Of a stretch of DNA of 33,286 nt, positions 8,710 to 16,269 are shown one piece after another (position 1 is the first letter of the stretch; each line of letters starts with the position of its first letter). A program made the translations under genes and the position numbers. This DNA comes from an uncultured Dehalococcoidaceae bacterium (GTDB lineage Bacteria; Chloroflexota; Dehalococcoidia; Dehalococcoidales; RBG-16-60-22). The stretch is from the NCBI GenBank assembly GCA_964602315.1, contig CAZRQP010000001.1:1-33286 (forward strand), given 5' to 3'. Under the pieces are notes generated by a model, which saw only the letters and a program-made list of their open reading frames with translations, was not told the DNA's origin and searched no databases.

Positions 8710-9384
8710 ATGACACTTATAAGTAATCCGATAAAAATTGATAAAGATAAAATACTAAACAGTATAGGATACGACGGTGGTACTATGCCGTCATCTCGTA
8801 TCGACTCTCTGGTAGATGACTACATTGAAAATTATCATGACTTTATTGCGCCTTCTTATTCTCATACAATCAGAGACATAAAATCTGTTATCGGCAATCG
8901 CGTTAATACCAGCGATTCGATAATCCTTGAAAGCCACAAGGTAGCCAGGCTCATGGAACGCTGTGTAAAGGTAGCCTTTTTCGCCTGTACTATTGGAAAG
9001 TATCTGGAAGAATTAGCTGCCTATCTTGCCGATAAAGGCTTGGTTCTCCAGGCGACGGTACTGGATGCTATCGGTTCCGGCACGGTGGAAAAGCTGGCTG
9101 CTCGTGTCGAGCAAAATATAAGAGAAGATGCCAGCCGTGACGGACTGGCTGTCAGCCGCCGCTTCAGCCCCGGCTATTGTGACTGGGATGTAAGCCAACA
9201 GGAGATGGTTTTCCGTGCTCTGGGGAACGATGTGCCCGGCATTACATTAAATGAGAGCATGCTGATGGTACCCCAGAAATCGGTATCCGGCATTATAGGC
9301 ATAGGCCAGCCCTGGAAAGATATTGAACAATATAACCCGTGCATCACCTGTTTGGAAAAGGACTGCCCGGGTAGGAGGAGATAG
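8710..9384 (+). CDS. stand-alone methionine-synthase activation-domain (Met_synt_B12-like) protein
   Basis: ATVLDAIGSGTVE ... RRFSPGYCDWDVSQQEMVF ... ESMLMVPQKSVSGIIGIG matches the RxSPGYGDW / P.KSvs..iG signature of the MetH reactivation domain. The C-terminus has the CxxCxxxxC motif seen in stand-alone homologues. Confidence 0.75.
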   Translation: MTLISNPIKIDKDKILNSIGYDGGTMPSSRIDSLVDDYIENYHDFIAPSYSHTIRDIKSVIGNRVNTSDSIILESHKVARLMERCVKVAFFACTIGKYLEELAAYLADKGLVLQATVLDAIGSGTVEKLAARVEQNIREDASRDGLAVSRRFSPGYCDWDVSQQEMVFRALGNDVPGITLNESMLMVPQKSVSGIIGIGQPWKDIEQYNPCITCLEKDCPGRRR

Positions 9385-9395
9385 AGTATAAGAAT

Positions 9396-10835
9396 ATGAT
9401 TCGAAAAGGTATCGAAGGGGGCAGTTATAAGCCCCTAACTCCCGAAGATATATCCAAGATAAACGATACAGTATTAAGCATTGTTGAAGAAATAGGTTGT
9501 CAAGTTAATTCAGATACAGCGCTTGAAGCTTTTAAGGAAGCCGGCGCCAGCATCGACAGTAAAAAACGCAGGGTACGGTTACCAAGAGAAAAGGTCCTGG
9601 AACTCATCAGCAAAGCACCCTCCGAGGTCACACTTTGCGGTAGAAACGAGAAACATGATATCCACCTGGGAGGTACCCGGGTCTATACCGGCACCGGAGG
9701 CACCGCCCTTTATATATACGAGCCGACTACCGGCGAGCAACGCCAGGCTTCTCTAGACGACCTTAAAAACATCAGCAGACTGGTTGATAAGCTAGATAAT
9801 ATCCACCTCTTGCTGCTGCCGACCTATCCCAATGAACTACCCGTTGAGCAAATTGATGTCAACCGTTTCTTCGCCGGGCTTGATAACACCTCCAAGCACA
9901 TCATGGGCGGAGTCTATACTATTGACGGCATGCGCGAGGTAATGCACATGGCCGAGATGGTGGCCGGCTCGCCGGAAGCCCTGCGACAGCGCCCGATTAT
10001 CTCCATAATTACATGTGTAATCAGTCCCTTCATCATCGATGAAAAGTATGGCGATATGATAGTTGCCGCCGCCGAGAGCGGCCTACCCGTGGTCTGTCCA
10101 TCGGAGCCTTTGTGCGGAGCTACCTCCCCGGTGACACTGGCCGGCAATCTTGTCGTTCAGACAGTAGATTCGCTAATGGGAGTTATACTGGCGCAGGCAG
10201 TCAACCCGGGCACGCCGGTTATCTTCGGCTCGGTAGCAACGAGTACCGACCTGCGTGACTACAAATATATTGCAGGTTCTGTCGAGATGGGGCTGCTTAA
10301 CGCAGCAGGTGCCCAGATGGCGCAATTTTATAAACTGCCCTATTACGCTACCGGCGGCATGACCGACTCCAAGACGCTGGATGCGCAGAGCGGCTATGAA
10401 TCAGCAATTACCAACCTGCTCTGTGCTCTGTCAGGCTCTAATTTCATTCACGATAGCGCCGGTCTGATGGAATTCGCCATGACTGCCTGCTACGAGAAGT
10501 ACGTTATCGATAACGAGATACTGGGTATGGTGATGAGGGCTGTTGAAGGAATTAAAGTGAACGATGAAACAATTGCGTATAACCTTATGAAGGAAATCGG
10601 CCCGGGCGGGAACTTCGTCACAGCCAAGCATACACGGCGCTTTATGCGCAAAGAGCACTATCAGCCTGGCTTAAGCGACCGCAACAGCCGGGAAAAGTGG
10701 GAAGAGAAAGGCAGCCATGTAACATGGGAAGTAGCAGCTAAAAAAGTGAAGTCTATTCTTGAAAGCCCTGCTTCCAGTCTGCCTGATGAAATCAGGAAGC
10801 GTGTTTTATCTGAAATCAAAAGCATCGTGAAATAA
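9396..10835 (+). CDS. MttB-superfamily (trimethylamine methyltransferase-like) methyltransferase, non-pyrrolysine; quaternary-amine:corrinoid MT1 candidate
   Basis: 479 aa, the typical length for the family, with no in-frame TAG. Family-typical segments are present: LSIVEEIGCQV, FFAGLDNTSKHIMGG, PIISIITCVISP, GLPVV, GGNFVTAKHTRRFMR. A corrinoid-protein gene follows 28 nt downstream. Confidence 0.85.
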   Translation: MIRKGIEGGSYKPLTPEDISKINDTVLSIVEEIGCQVNSDTALEAFKEAGASIDSKKRRVRLPREKVLELISKAPSEVTLCGRNEKHDIHLGGTRVYTGTGGTALYIYEPTTGEQRQASLDDLKNISRLVDKLDNIHLLLLPTYPNELPVEQIDVNRFFAGLDNTSKHIMGGVYTIDGMREVMHMAEMVAGSPEALRQRPIISIITCVISPFIIDEKYGDMIVAAAESGLPVVCPSEPLCGATSPVTLAGNLVVQTVDSLMGVILAQAVNPGTPVIFGSVATSTDLRDYKYIAGSVEMGLLNAAGAQMAQFYKLPYYATGGMTDSKTLDAQSGYESAITNLLCALSGSNFIHDSAGLMEFAMTACYEKYVIDNEILGMVMRAVEGIKVNDETIAYNLMKEIGPGGNFVTAKHTRRFMRKEHYQPGLSDRNSREKWEEKGSHVTWEVAAKKVKSILESPASSLPDEIRKRVLSEIKSIVK

Positions 10836-10863
10836 AATAAGCGCCTAAAGAGGGGTCATAAAA

Positions 10864-11550
10864 ATGTCTGAAAATATCATTGAACTTATTAAAGAAAATG
10901 TAATCCAGGGTAGAATAACCCGCGATGACGAGGGCATAGAAGAAGACATGGCCGGCCAGCCGGGGGGCACCGAACTTGTAGAAGAGGCGCTGGCTTCAGG
11001 CGTCGATGTATCTGAAATTATTAATAAAGGATTAACCGCCTCGATGCAGGTCGTGGGGCAAAAATTTGAAACTGGAGAATATTTTATTCCAGATATGCTT
11101 GCCTCTGCCGAGGCAGTAGGTGCCGCCATGGAGATACTCAAGCCTCATCTTGAGAAGAGCGGCATTAAGCCCAAGGGCAAAATACTTATGGCCACTGTTA
11201 AGGGCGACATGCATGATATCGGCAAGAATATTGTGTCTATACTCCTGCGGGGAGCAGGGTACATGGTTAAAGACATCGGCAACAACGTAGAAGCTAAAGA
11301 CATTGTGAAAGCCGTGCGGGAAGAAAAGCCGGACTATCTCGGGCTTTCGGCGCTGCTAACCAGCACTATGGTGAGTATGGAAGATATCATCAAGGCGCTC
11401 GAGGAAAGCGGGCTTAGGGATAAGGTAAAGATAATCATCGGCGGGGCGCCTGTTTCTGAAGAATACGCCAAGGAAATCGGCGCGGATGGCTATGGTGCCG
11501 ACGGTTTTCAAGGGGTATCCGTGATAGAAACCATGAACGGTCATAATTAA
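10864..11550 (+). CDS. cobalamin-binding corrinoid protein (MtgC/MttC-like)
   Basis: An N-terminal B12-binding_2 cap helix bundle (IPDMLASAEAV) is followed by a Rossmann B12 domain. The lower-ligand motif is GDMHDIGKNIV (DxHxxG), followed by LGLSALLTST and GGAPVS. Confidence 0.9.
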   Translation: MSENIIELIKENVIQGRITRDDEGIEEDMAGQPGGTELVEEALASGVDVSEIINKGLTASMQVVGQKFETGEYFIPDMLASAEAVGAAMEILKPHLEKSGIKPKGKILMATVKGDMHDIGKNIVSILLRGAGYMVKDIGNNVEAKDIVKAVREEKPDYLGLSALLTSTMVSMEDIIKALEESGLRDKVKIIIGGAPVSEEYAKEIGADGYGADGFQGVSVIETMNGHN

Positions 11551-11601
11551 GCTGTCTTTCAAGTCCTGCCTGCAGGTGGCATGTCAGTTAGGAGGAGTGA
11601 A

Positions 11602-13143
11602 GTGCCCAGAGAAGGAATTTTGATTGAAAAACCCTTAGAAAGATTGTCCCACAAGCAAGTCCAGCAAATTCACAACGCATCAATCGATATACTCAACGAC
11701 CCAGGGCTGCTCTGCTTCAATGAGAACGCCGCTGAGATATTTCAGGTCAGTGGTGCCGTTGTATCGAAGGTATCCGGCAGCAACACTCCTTGCTGGTACA
11801 TCAAGATACCGGAAAAACTGGTTAGCTCTGCACTTAAGAGCGCTCCTAGTACGGTTACACTCGGGGCCAGGAACCCGGAAAATACCATTATCATGAAGGG
11901 AGACGAGCCGAGAGTGTTTTTTATTACCGGCTCGGAGACCAACATATGGCTTGATGTCGATTTCCCTACTTATGTAAGTAAAGCCAACCCTAACAAAGAA
12001 ACTAAAATACCTGAATTTAAGCCTCGGCGCGGTACGGTGGCGGATTTATGCGATTCTGCGCATGTATGCGAGCACCTTGAAATGGTCGATGGCTATATAC
12101 GGACGGTTAATATCCAGGACAAGGACATCAATTTAGACAACAAAGACGTTAACAAGTACTTCGCCTCCCTGAACAACACCACCAAACATGTCATGTCCGG
12201 CCTGACCAACCTTAAACAGCTGGATAACGTGGTGAAAATGGCGGAGATTATCGCGGGAGGCCGGGATAATCTGAAAAAGAACCCCTTGATTTCATTTATC
12301 ACCTGCCTAGTGAAAAGCCCGCTGCAGTTCGTCGATGATACTACCGAGACCTTTATGGAAGTGTGCAAGAGAGGACTGCCCGTCGTAGTTTCCTCGTCGC
12401 CGCAGGCAGGGACATCAGCGCCTATTAAAGAAGCTGGTATCATGGCCCAGATTAACGCCGAGGTGCTGGCTGGGATAACGCTTGGCCAACTGGTCAACAA
12501 AGGAACGCCGGTACTCTACGGCACCGTTCCCGTAAGGGCTAGGATGGACACACTAGGAGATTCCTACGGCAGTGTGGAAACCAGCCAGTACAACATCGAT
12601 TGTGCCCAGATGGCGCGGTTCTACAACCTGCCGAATTATTCTACCTCCGGCGTCTGCGATACAAAAATTCCCGGTCAACAGTCATCAATCGAGCGATTGT
12701 TCTCCAACGTCCTGGTCACCTTAAGCGGCCCGCAGTTCCTGCACTGCGCCTTCGGACTGCTGGACTGCAATTCGGTGTTTTGTCTGCTCCAGGCCGTCCT
12801 GGATAATGCTCATTTTAAGATGATTAAGTTCTTCCTGAAATCGCCGGGTATCAATGAACAGGAGCTTGAAACAGTAAAAAAACAGATAATAGATGTGGTC
12901 GCCACGCCACAGAAAATGTTTATCAATTATATCCGCCCGATCATGCGCACCGGCGAAATATCGTCGCCTTACCCATTTGAAGGAGAGGGCGATAGCGATG
13001 ATGTCTTTGCTTTAGCCAACCAGCGCTTGCAGGAGCTCCGGGCAAGACCTGTGGAGCACATTGACAAAGCCACAACCGACAGGATATTCCGCGAGATACC
13101 CGGTCTGTTGCCGCGCCTCAATATCTATGAAGGGGAGCAATAA
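11602..13143 (+). CDS. divergent MttB-superfamily methyltransferase, non-pyrrolysine (second MT1 paralogue)
   Basis: The track ORF begins at the ATG at 11581. AGGAGG lies 5-6 nt upstream of the in-frame GTG at 11602, which makes that the more likely start. The protein is collinear with the first paralogue (YFASLNNTTKHVMSG, PLISFITCLVKSP, GLPVVV). It carries an internal insertion (IWLDVDFPTYVSKANPNKETKIPEFKP) and a different, longer C-terminus. There is no in-frame TAG. Confidence 0.8.
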   Translation: MPREGILIEKPLERLSHKQVQQIHNASIDILNDPGLLCFNENAAEIFQVSGAVVSKVSGSNTPCWYIKIPEKLVSSALKSAPSTVTLGARNPENTIIMKGDEPRVFFITGSETNIWLDVDFPTYVSKANPNKETKIPEFKPRRGTVADLCDSAHVCEHLEMVDGYIRTVNIQDKDINLDNKDVNKYFASLNNTTKHVMSGLTNLKQLDNVVKMAEIIAGGRDNLKKNPLISFITCLVKSPLQFVDDTTETFMEVCKRGLPVVVSSSPQAGTSAPIKEAGIMAQINAEVLAGITLGQLVNKGTPVLYGTVPVRARMDTLGDSYGSVETSQYNIDCAQMARFYNLPNYSTSGVCDTKIPGQQSSIERLFSNVLVTLSGPQFLHCAFGLLDCNSVFCLLQAVLDNAHFKMIKFFLKSPGINEQELETVKKQIIDVVATPQKMFINYIRPIMRTGEISSPYPFEGEGDSDDVFALANQRLQELRARPVEHIDKATTDRIFREIPGLLPRLNIYEGEQ

Positions 13144-13145
13144 AC

Positions 13146-13829
13146 ATGAGTGAAGAAATACTGGAAAAACTAAAGGAGAATGTTATACAGGGTAGAAAGA
13201 CCGGCGATGACATGGGTATTGACGAATCACTGTCCGGGACACCGGGCGTGCTGGAACTTACAAAGTCCGCCCTGTCTGAAGATATATCTCCGGAGTCGAT
13301 TATCACTAAAGCCCTTACACCGGGGATGGAAGTTGTCGGTGAAAAATACTCGACGAAAGAATACTTCATACCGGACATGCTGGCCTCCGCAGAGGCCGTA
13401 GGTGCGGCAATGGACGTGCTTAAGCCGCTCCTTGAAAAATCAAACGTGGAAACCAAGGGTAAATTCGCCATCGCCACTGTAAAGGGAGATATACATGATA
13501 TTGGTAAAAACATCGTGGCGATTCTACTCAAGGGCGCTGCCTACGAGGTCATCGATATTGGTATAGATGTTCCGGAGGATAAAATAGTCGAGGTGGTCAA
13601 GCAGGAACAGCCAGACTACCTCGGCCTCTCAGCCATGCTTACCACCACGATGACCGAGATGAAGACCGTCATTAAAACCCTGAAAGAGAACAATCTTAGA
13701 GATAGAGTTAAAGTGTTCATCGGCGGCGCGGCAGTATCCGACGAATACGCCAGGGAAATCGGCGCCGATGCCTTCTGTACTGACGGTTTTGAAGCTATCA
13801 AGGTGCTAGAAAAATTTCAGGCGGCCTGA
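13146..13829 (+). CDS. cobalamin-binding corrinoid protein (second copy)
   Basis: It starts 2 nt after the upstream stop and carries GDIHDIGKNIV. It is a clear paralogue of 10864..11550, with long identical runs such as EYFIPDMLASAEAVGAAM and KPDYLGLSA. Confidence 0.9.
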   Translation: MSEEILEKLKENVIQGRKTGDDMGIDESLSGTPGVLELTKSALSEDISPESIITKALTPGMEVVGEKYSTKEYFIPDMLASAEAVGAAMDVLKPLLEKSNVETKGKFAIATVKGDIHDIGKNIVAILLKGAAYEVIDIGIDVPEDKIVEVVKQEQPDYLGLSAMLTTTMTEMKTVIKTLKENNLRDRVKVFIGGAAVSDEYAREIGADAFCTDGFEAIKVLEKFQAA

Positions 13830-13873
13830 AGGTTCTAACAAATAAGCGAGTGATTTGAGAAAGGAGTTTTACT

Positions 13874-15361
13874 ATGGCTGGAATTGCGGGAATACTTGGA
13901 AAAGAGAAAAATGAACTTAAGGGGATGCTTGATAAGATAAGTTATCGCGGTCCCGATGAGACATGGCTGCACAGGTCGGGAGAGGTCAACCTGGGTAGTC
14001 TTGAGTTGAACGTGGGTGCCGACTGCAAACCCGGTTCGCATCATGCCAAAGAAGGAAACCTTGCCGTAGTTCTTGACGGGCGTGTTTATAATGCGGAAAA
14101 GGGAAATAAGACCGATGCCGAGTCTTTACTCGACCTTTATAAAAAGTACGGCGTTGGGTTTGCGGCGAGACTAAATGGGGACTTTGCCTGTGCCGTAGCA
14201 GATGATGAGCAAATGGTACTGGCCCGCGACTGTGCGGGCATTAAGCCCATGTACTACGGACACAGCGACGGTAAACTGTGCTTTGCCTCCGAAGCCAAGG
14301 CGCTGGTTGGCATCGCTGAAGACGTCAAAGAGTTCCCTCCGGGTTACGTTTACTCGCGGGAGCATGGTTTTAGAAAATATCCACAGGAATCCGTGACAAC
14401 ACCGGAGTTTGAAAATTACGAGCAGGGGAAAAAGGTATTGAAAGAGCTTCTTCTGGAGGCTACCGAAAAACGCATGAAAGACAATGCCGTGGGCGGAGTC
14501 CTCCTTAGCGGCGGTCTTGATAGCAGCCTTATTACCTATATGGCCCACGAGATAAAGCCTGAAATTGAGTGTTTTACAGTCAGCATGGAAGAGGGCAAGG
14601 ACCTGCCGCTGGCAAAAGACGTTACCAAGTATCTTGGTATCAAGCATCATATCTTAATGTTTGGTGAACAGGAGATAAAAGAAATTCTGCCCCTCGCCAT
14701 CCACCACCAAGAGATGTATGAGGAAAGCTGCGTTCACGGGGCCATCGCTAATTTTCTGGCCGGCCGCTTTATTAAACCCCATACCAAGGTGGTGCTAACA
14801 GGCGAGGGCGCCGATGAATTCTTAGCTGGCTATGACGGGCAGTTTAAAAAGGGAGAGAATCCGGAAGAAGTCGCCAGCATCGTGGATAAACTCATTAACG
14901 TGGCCCACAACACCGCCCTCCAGCGACTCGATAGGCTGAACGCGGCCAATTCCTATGAAAGCCGTACTCCGTTCCTTGATGCGAAAGTGATGGATTTCAG
15001 CCTCAAGATACCGATACAGTATAAGATTCACGGGAAAGAACAGGATGGTAAATGGATACTGCGCCAGGCTTTCGAGGGCTGCCTGCCCGACCACATTATC
15101 TACCAGACCAAGCGTTTCTTTGCGCAGGGCTCCGGTGTAGCCTATATTATGCGGGCGCAGGCTGAGAAGGAAGTCTCGCAGGCAGAGCTTGATGAATTCA
15201 ACAGCATCGAGGGTAATCCTTACTTGTCTTCCGTGGAAGAGCTATACTATTACCGTATATTCAAGAAGACGTTCCCCCACCCCGATTATGATAGGCTGGT
15301 CGGCAGGTGGGACCCCTTGAGACCAGCTTTTTTCCGTGACATAGAGAAGGTGACCAGTTAA
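13874..15361 (+). CDS. asparagine synthetase B-like adenylating enzyme with a degenerate (Cys-less) glutaminase domain
   Basis: AAGGAG lies 8 nt upstream of the only possible ATG, and an in-frame TGA sits 6 codons upstream. The N-terminus is MAGIAG rather than MCGI. NGE is replaced by DGR in VVLDGRVYN. The synthetase domain has an intact PP-loop (LLSGGLDSSLI). Confidence 0.8.
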   Translation: MAGIAGILGKEKNELKGMLDKISYRGPDETWLHRSGEVNLGSLELNVGADCKPGSHHAKEGNLAVVLDGRVYNAEKGNKTDAESLLDLYKKYGVGFAARLNGDFACAVADDEQMVLARDCAGIKPMYYGHSDGKLCFASEAKALVGIAEDVKEFPPGYVYSREHGFRKYPQESVTTPEFENYEQGKKVLKELLLEATEKRMKDNAVGGVLLSGGLDSSLITYMAHEIKPEIECFTVSMEEGKDLPLAKDVTKYLGIKHHILMFGEQEIKEILPLAIHHQEMYEESCVHGAIANFLAGRFIKPHTKVVLTGEGADEFLAGYDGQFKKGENPEEVASIVDKLINVAHNTALQRLDRLNAANSYESRTPFLDAKVMDFSLKIPIQYKIHGKEQDGKWILRQAFEGCLPDHIIYQTKRFFAQGSGVAYIMRAQAEKEVSQAELDEFNSIEGNPYLSSVEELYYYRIFKKTFPHPDYDRLVGRWDPLRPAFFRDIEKVTS

Positions 15362-15470
15362 TTTCACCTAATATCATAACCAAATTCTTCAGTATAATAC
15401 TGTGTAGGATAAGGCTGAACTACGTCTCCCAAAATCATTAACGAGCCTATCAACGGTTCGCCCGTGTTTC

Positions 15471-15507
15471 TGGTGGAGACAGGGGAGAGTCGAACTCCCC
15501 ATCCAGA
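15471..15507 (-). other. tRNA/tmRNA 3'-end-like fragment (T-arm, acceptor 3' strand and CCA); not an intact tRNA
   Basis: The minus strand reads TCTGGATGGGGAGTTCGACTCTCCCCTGTCTCCACCA. GGGAG/CTCCC forms a T-stem around a TTCGACT loop, and the sequence ends ...CTCCACCA as tRNA-Ala and tmRNA do. No complementary 5' acceptor strand or D-arm was found within about 480 nt. Confidence 0.55.
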
Positions 15508-16134
15508 TACTGTAGATCAGAATTGTTTTTAAGCAAACCTAGCGTATAACACTATTTATATGCAAGAATAGAACCTCGGTTTCTAATTAATTACACCTGA
15601 ATTGGTAAGGAGAATGTTCAGGCTATCTCGGATTTTTGTGTTACGATATATTTGAATGATAGGTCTACAATGTGAAAATGAGACGAATCCCGATTACCGA
15701 AAAAGCGTGTGTTATTACCCAGTTATAGAAATAATACCTTCCGATTCAGTTTGTTAATAATTTAGTCCATAAATGCAAAGTAGTGATTGCATAAGCTTTG
15801 CGAGGCTTGCGGTCTATACTAAACTTTTTGGATAGTCGGTTACTGGAGCCGGTGGCGAGATGATACCCTGCACCCTTCCCCTCTTCGACGCGTGAGTGGT
15901 GCAATGACGGTGTAGTCTGATAGAATAGCTCCACAGAAGACAACCATAGCCCCAGAACCATTTATATAAACAGTCTAAGCAACTTTGGCAAAAGTGAGTT
16001 TTACCGAATCTCGGAGTACAAAAAGAAACTAAAAGCCGAGATAATTCTCCGGTTAAACAGCGCGCAAATAGCTATCATTAGATACAATGATATTCGGCAA
16101 AGAACAAGGGCTTTCGATAAGTTAAGATTGAAGA

Positions 16135-16171
16135 CCAACTTAAAGATTCCGTCTATTATACGGTACCGCCC
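16135..16171 (+). repeat. intergenic repeat, copy B
   Basis: Sequence: CCAACTTAAAGATTCCGTCTATTATACGGTACCGCCC. It has the same orientation as A and C and lies about 100 nt beyond the 3' end of the minus-strand binding-protein gene. Confidence 0.6.
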
Positions 16172-16269
16172 GTTTACATCTCTTCACTGCATTACAGGTA
16201 TCTACTGTTTTATCAGCAGAGGATATATCGCTCCCCTGTTTTCATGGTCTACCGGGCACCGGGTGGGCC

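Noticed and set aside
9396-13143. Pyrrolysine (in-frame UAG) recoding in the MttB-family genes.
   Set aside because: Both ORFs are continuous at full family length with no internal TAG. They are non-Pyl members, and no pyl genes are visible in the window.
15471-15953. Possible complete tmRNA (ssrA) on the minus strand. The 3' end is …CTCCACCA, and a GGGGCTATGG string lies about 480 nt upstream.
   Set aside because: The candidate 5' strand pairs imperfectly with the 3' acceptor strand. The span is longer than typical tmRNAs. I found no GGATTCGAC-type 5' element in the right place and no tag-like reading frame ending in …AA-stop. Only the 3'-end fragment is retained as a feature.
15746-15961. 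71-aa minus-strand ORF in the gene desert (…RLSKKFSIDRKPRKAYAITTLHLW…) that might be a decayed transposase or integrase fragment.
   Set aside because: I could not match it convincingly to any transposase or recombinase motif. It has no RBS. It is mentioned only as possible relic DNA.
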